In this document: positions 24,040-26,160 of the stretch, piece after piece
Position numbering within the stretch: position 1 is the stretch's first letter
How the letters are laid out: each line of letters begins with the position of its first letter
From: a virus
Taxonomy: Duplodnaviria; Caudoviricetes
Virus record (IMG/VR): IMGVR_UViG_3300037991_000413
Location: 1 to 26,160 of that record
DNA: 26,160 bases
Reading direction: 5' to 3' (one strand)
Program-made: the position numbers and the translations under genes
The notes under the pieces: generated by a model
Told to the model about the DNA's origin: nothing
Databases searched by the model: none
Seen by the model: only the letters and a program-made list of their open reading frames with translations

Positions 24040-25240
24040 CGAAATTGACTGACTGTGTAGCTATTGGAACTGTCGCGCCCTGAATAAGCAGATCATTTCC
24101 AGCTGGCTTATCTCCCAGCCCTTCAATCTCTCTAACTTCATTTGGCGTTTTAATTGCGTTTTGAATTGCTGCTGCGTGTGCTTCCATACGGGTTTTAAGA
24201 TCACCGCGTAACAGGCTATCCACATTGTAACGGACTTCCATATTACTCTCACGACCAAAGAGCTTAAGATTCATTTCCTGTTCCGTCTGCTCAATCCAGC
24301 GTCTGAGCGTATGCTTTACAAAGTGCAGATCTTGTTGCTCATTATTGCTAAATGTGCCGTTAGAAAGATCTTGTAGGAAAACAGGCGGTAAGCTGTAGAT
24401 ACGTGCAATCTGTTCTAATAAAAATCTCTGAAGTTCAATCAGCTGCATTTCGCTGGGACTAAAGCCCACCGCCTTTAATTCGTGTCCAGCTGGTAGGGCT
24501 AAGACTTGCCTACCTTCTTTTGCTAGTTTCGCTGTTGCCGCTGCAACATCTTCGGACGCTCTTTGTGCAGCTGCTCCAGATTGAAAACTTCCTTGTAGCG
24601 ACATGGGAGGAATACCGCCTGACTGAAAAGCTTTTGATCCGTAACGAGTAGCTGCTATTGCTAGACCAACAATATCTTTATTGGTGATAATAGGTGAGCG
24701 AATGTCTAAGTTGTTGTGCTTGGTCATATAGGTAAAATCAAGCACCTCAGCCGCTGAGTAAGTTTGTGAGGTTGTTCTGTAAGCGCGACTTAAAAAACCA
24801 TTATCATCTTTTGTTTCAATAACAGTTATATCAGCTGGATCTATCGGAACTAAATCCGTTACATCATTTCGTCCATTACGAACTATTAAGGTAACGGATC
24901 TCCCACCCGTTAATACTTGCTCAAAAGAATACTTACGCCAGTGAAAACTTGAGGTGGTTGGATTAACAGCGCGATTCATCCATGCGCCTATACCCGTAGT
25001 TAGTTTTTCTCCGTTACTAAAAACCTCAAGAGGCAAGGAAGCTAAAGTACCAGAAATAAAATTAACAGCTGCCCAAATAGACGGAACACCTAGCGCATTG
25101 TCTATAGTTACATCAACGCCAGCTGTAGAGTTTGTATTTCCAAAACCAATTAAATCAAAAAAATTATTGCCAGTAAAAGGGGTGTTTGGGTTTTCTAGTG
25201 AGCGTATTTCTTTCTTTTTAAAGTTGTCAAATATTCCCAT
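24032..25240 (-). CDS. Portal protein, HK97 family
   Basis: 402 aa. Motifs include AVNFISGTLASLPL, QLIELQRFLLEQIARIYSLPP, TFSNNEQQ, LLRGDLKTR and TPNEVREIEGL. Position is between terminase and protease. Confidence 0.95.
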   Translation of the reverse strand: MGIFDNFKKKEIRSLENPNTPFTGNNFFDLIGFGNTNSTAGVDVTIDNALGVPSIWAAVNFISGTLASLPLEVFSNGEKLTTGIGAWMNRAVNPTTSSFHWRKYSFEQVLTGGRSVTLIVRNGRNDVTDLVPIDPADITVIETKDDNGFLSRAYRTTSQTYSAAEVLDFTYMTKHNNLDIRSPIITNKDIVGLAIAATRYGSKAFQSGGIPPMSLQGSFQSGAAAQRASEDVAAATAKLAKEGRQVLALPAGHELKAVGFSPSEMQLIELQRFLLEQIARIYSLPPVFLQDLSNGTFSNNEQQDLHFVKHTLRRWIEQTEQEMNLKLFGRESNMEVRYNVDSLLRGDLKTRMEAHAAAIQNAIKTPNEVREIEGLGDKPAGNDLLIQGATVPIATQSVNFDG

Positions 25241-25242
25241 TT

Positions 25243-26160
25243 CTACACCGCCAGTTTAAAATTAGGATCATCCCAAGCGCTAACCTGTTGATTTAATTCA
25301 TCTTTTCCGATTGCGCCAAGCGCCATTGCTAAAGCAACAAGCCCGTCAATCTTTGAATAACTTTTTGCTTTGTGAAGCTTTCTATTGCCAGCTGGGTCAG
25401 AGGTAGCTACTGCGCCAGCTGCACACATATTCAAAATAGGGTGATCCCCGTGATTAAGTTTTCGATCAACTACCAAACGCTCAAGTTTTTCTATTGCTGG
25501 TGACATATCCCTAAAACCTTGACCGTGTGCAGCCATAGGAATATCAGCGCCAATTGCATCAAGCTCACGCTTAAAATCGTTTATACGCCAGCGATCAAAT
25601 GCCAGCAGTTTAAGGTCATATGTCTCAGCAACCTCAGCAACAAACCTAGCAATAATCTCAGGCTGTATAACTGCGCCTTCAATCGTATGTAAAAACCCTT
25701 GTCGCGCCCAAAGATCATAAGGCACTTTCTCGCTTTGTGACTTTTCTCTTAATCCTTGTTCTGGCAACCAGAAGTGAGGCACAACGTCAAAACTTTCACC
25801 CTTTGGGAATACGAGTACAAGAGCAGTTAAGTCACGGCTAGCTGACAAATCTAATCCAGCAAAACAAGTTTCCGCTGGCTTATGAGTAGGAGCAATCGCG
25901 TTAGCTTGCCATTCAGCTCTAGACAGAAATGGACTTTGTGCCTCTATGCGTTGATTTAAGTATAGCCACCTAAAGCTATTAGCCTTAGCTGGTAATCTCT
26001 CAGCTTGCTTTGCAAAATCTTTTATATCCGCAACAGACCTAAACTTTCCTAAAGCTGGGTTTGCTGCTTTCCACGCCTTGCGATCTGACAAGTCACATTC
26101 TGCTGGAGCGCTGTAGACATGGCTAACTATTCTAGGATCTTTAGCGTTAGCAGCATCGTC
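25243..26160 (-). CDS. terL: Terminase large subunit, C-terminal nuclease half (5' end lies outside the window)
   Basis: The frame stays open from 26160 (DDAANAKDPRIVSHVYSAP...) into the listed ORF, so TTG 26091 is not the true start. It has WKAANPALG, the RNase H-like GLDLS motif, FDRW, QGFRDMSP and KIDGLVALAMA of HK97-type TerL, and lies directly upstream of the portal. Confidence 0.95.
   Translation of the reverse strand, partial: DDAANAKDPRIVSHVYSAPAECDLSDRKAWKAANPALGKFRSVADIKDFAKQAERLPAKANSFRWLYLNQRIEAQSPFLSRAEWQANAIAPTHKPAETCFAGLDLSASRDLTALVLVFPKGESFDVVPHFWLPEQGLREKSQSEKVPYDLWARQGFLHTIEGAVIQPEIIARFVAEVAETYDLKLLAFDRWRINDFKRELDAIGADIPMAAHGQGFRDMSPAIEKLERLVVDRKLNHGDHPILNMCAAGAVATSDPAGNRKLHKAKSYSKIDGLVALAMALGAIGKDELNQQVSAWDDPNFKLAV

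Larger units (their letters stand above)
1..26160 (-). mobile_element. Structural/lysis region of a siphovirus-type phage or prophage
   Basis: Canonical terminase-portal-protease-capsid-neck-tail-fibre-lysis order, one strand, minimal intergenic space, and no host genes or att site visible. Confidence 0.95.

Noticed and set aside
7275-24258. Nested minus-strand alternative-frame ORFs (7275-7493, 12635-12832, 22842-23075, 24061-24258)
   Set aside because: They are short, wholly inside conserved genes, and lack convincing protein features; no lipobox suggests an embedded spanin.
1278-25245. Genome-wide TAG recoding (alternative genetic code)
   Set aside because: Genes are full length in the standard code, and TAG falls at sensible C-termini, several followed by out-of-frame starts (terminase, gp6-like, 65-aa gene).
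142-25259. All plus-strand ORFs in the track (e.g. 19104-19553, 18446-18739, 24954-25259)
   Set aside because: They are antisense shadows of well-supported minus-strand genes with no recognisable motifs. 18446-18739 mirrors the gpT and TMP frame.
1-26160. Bona fide RcGTA-type gene transfer agent cluster
   Set aside because: The longer TMP, J/FN3 tip instead of the GTA megatron-type tip, ~10 kb of accessory fibres and contiguous lysis genes indicate a phage.

Overview
This window is the late (virion morphogenesis and lysis) region of an HK97-fold, long non-contractile-tailed phage or prophage. Genes are encoded almost entirely on the minus strand, tightly packed, at roughly 40% GC by eye. Order from 26160 downward: terminase large subunit (5'-truncated), portal, an unusual three-domain prohead protease, major capsid with an intrinsic terminator, neck genes, tail terminator, and tail tube. 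Next come the tail chaperone with a clear programmed -1 frameshift missed by the ORF track, a short tape measure, Dit/hub/NlpC-like genes and a J-like tail tip. A roughly 10 kb accessory adsorption region follows, then a cluster of small membrane proteins ending in a 3-TM holin. Several core genes resemble alphaproteobacterial GTA-like families, and the accessory fibres carry motifs typical of marine phages; the host assignment is inference. The most interesting part is 1475-11560. It holds an adaptor with two putative docking domains, a 905-aa fibre with a type-1-copper-like motif and a 7-blade propeller inserted into another domain, three tandem paralogous 6-blade 'GNAxDFGDL' propeller proteins, two unknown partner genes, and a protein of sixteen 23-aa repeats. 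Together these may form a hierarchical, branched receptor-binding apparatus. All family calls come from motif recognition, not database searches.
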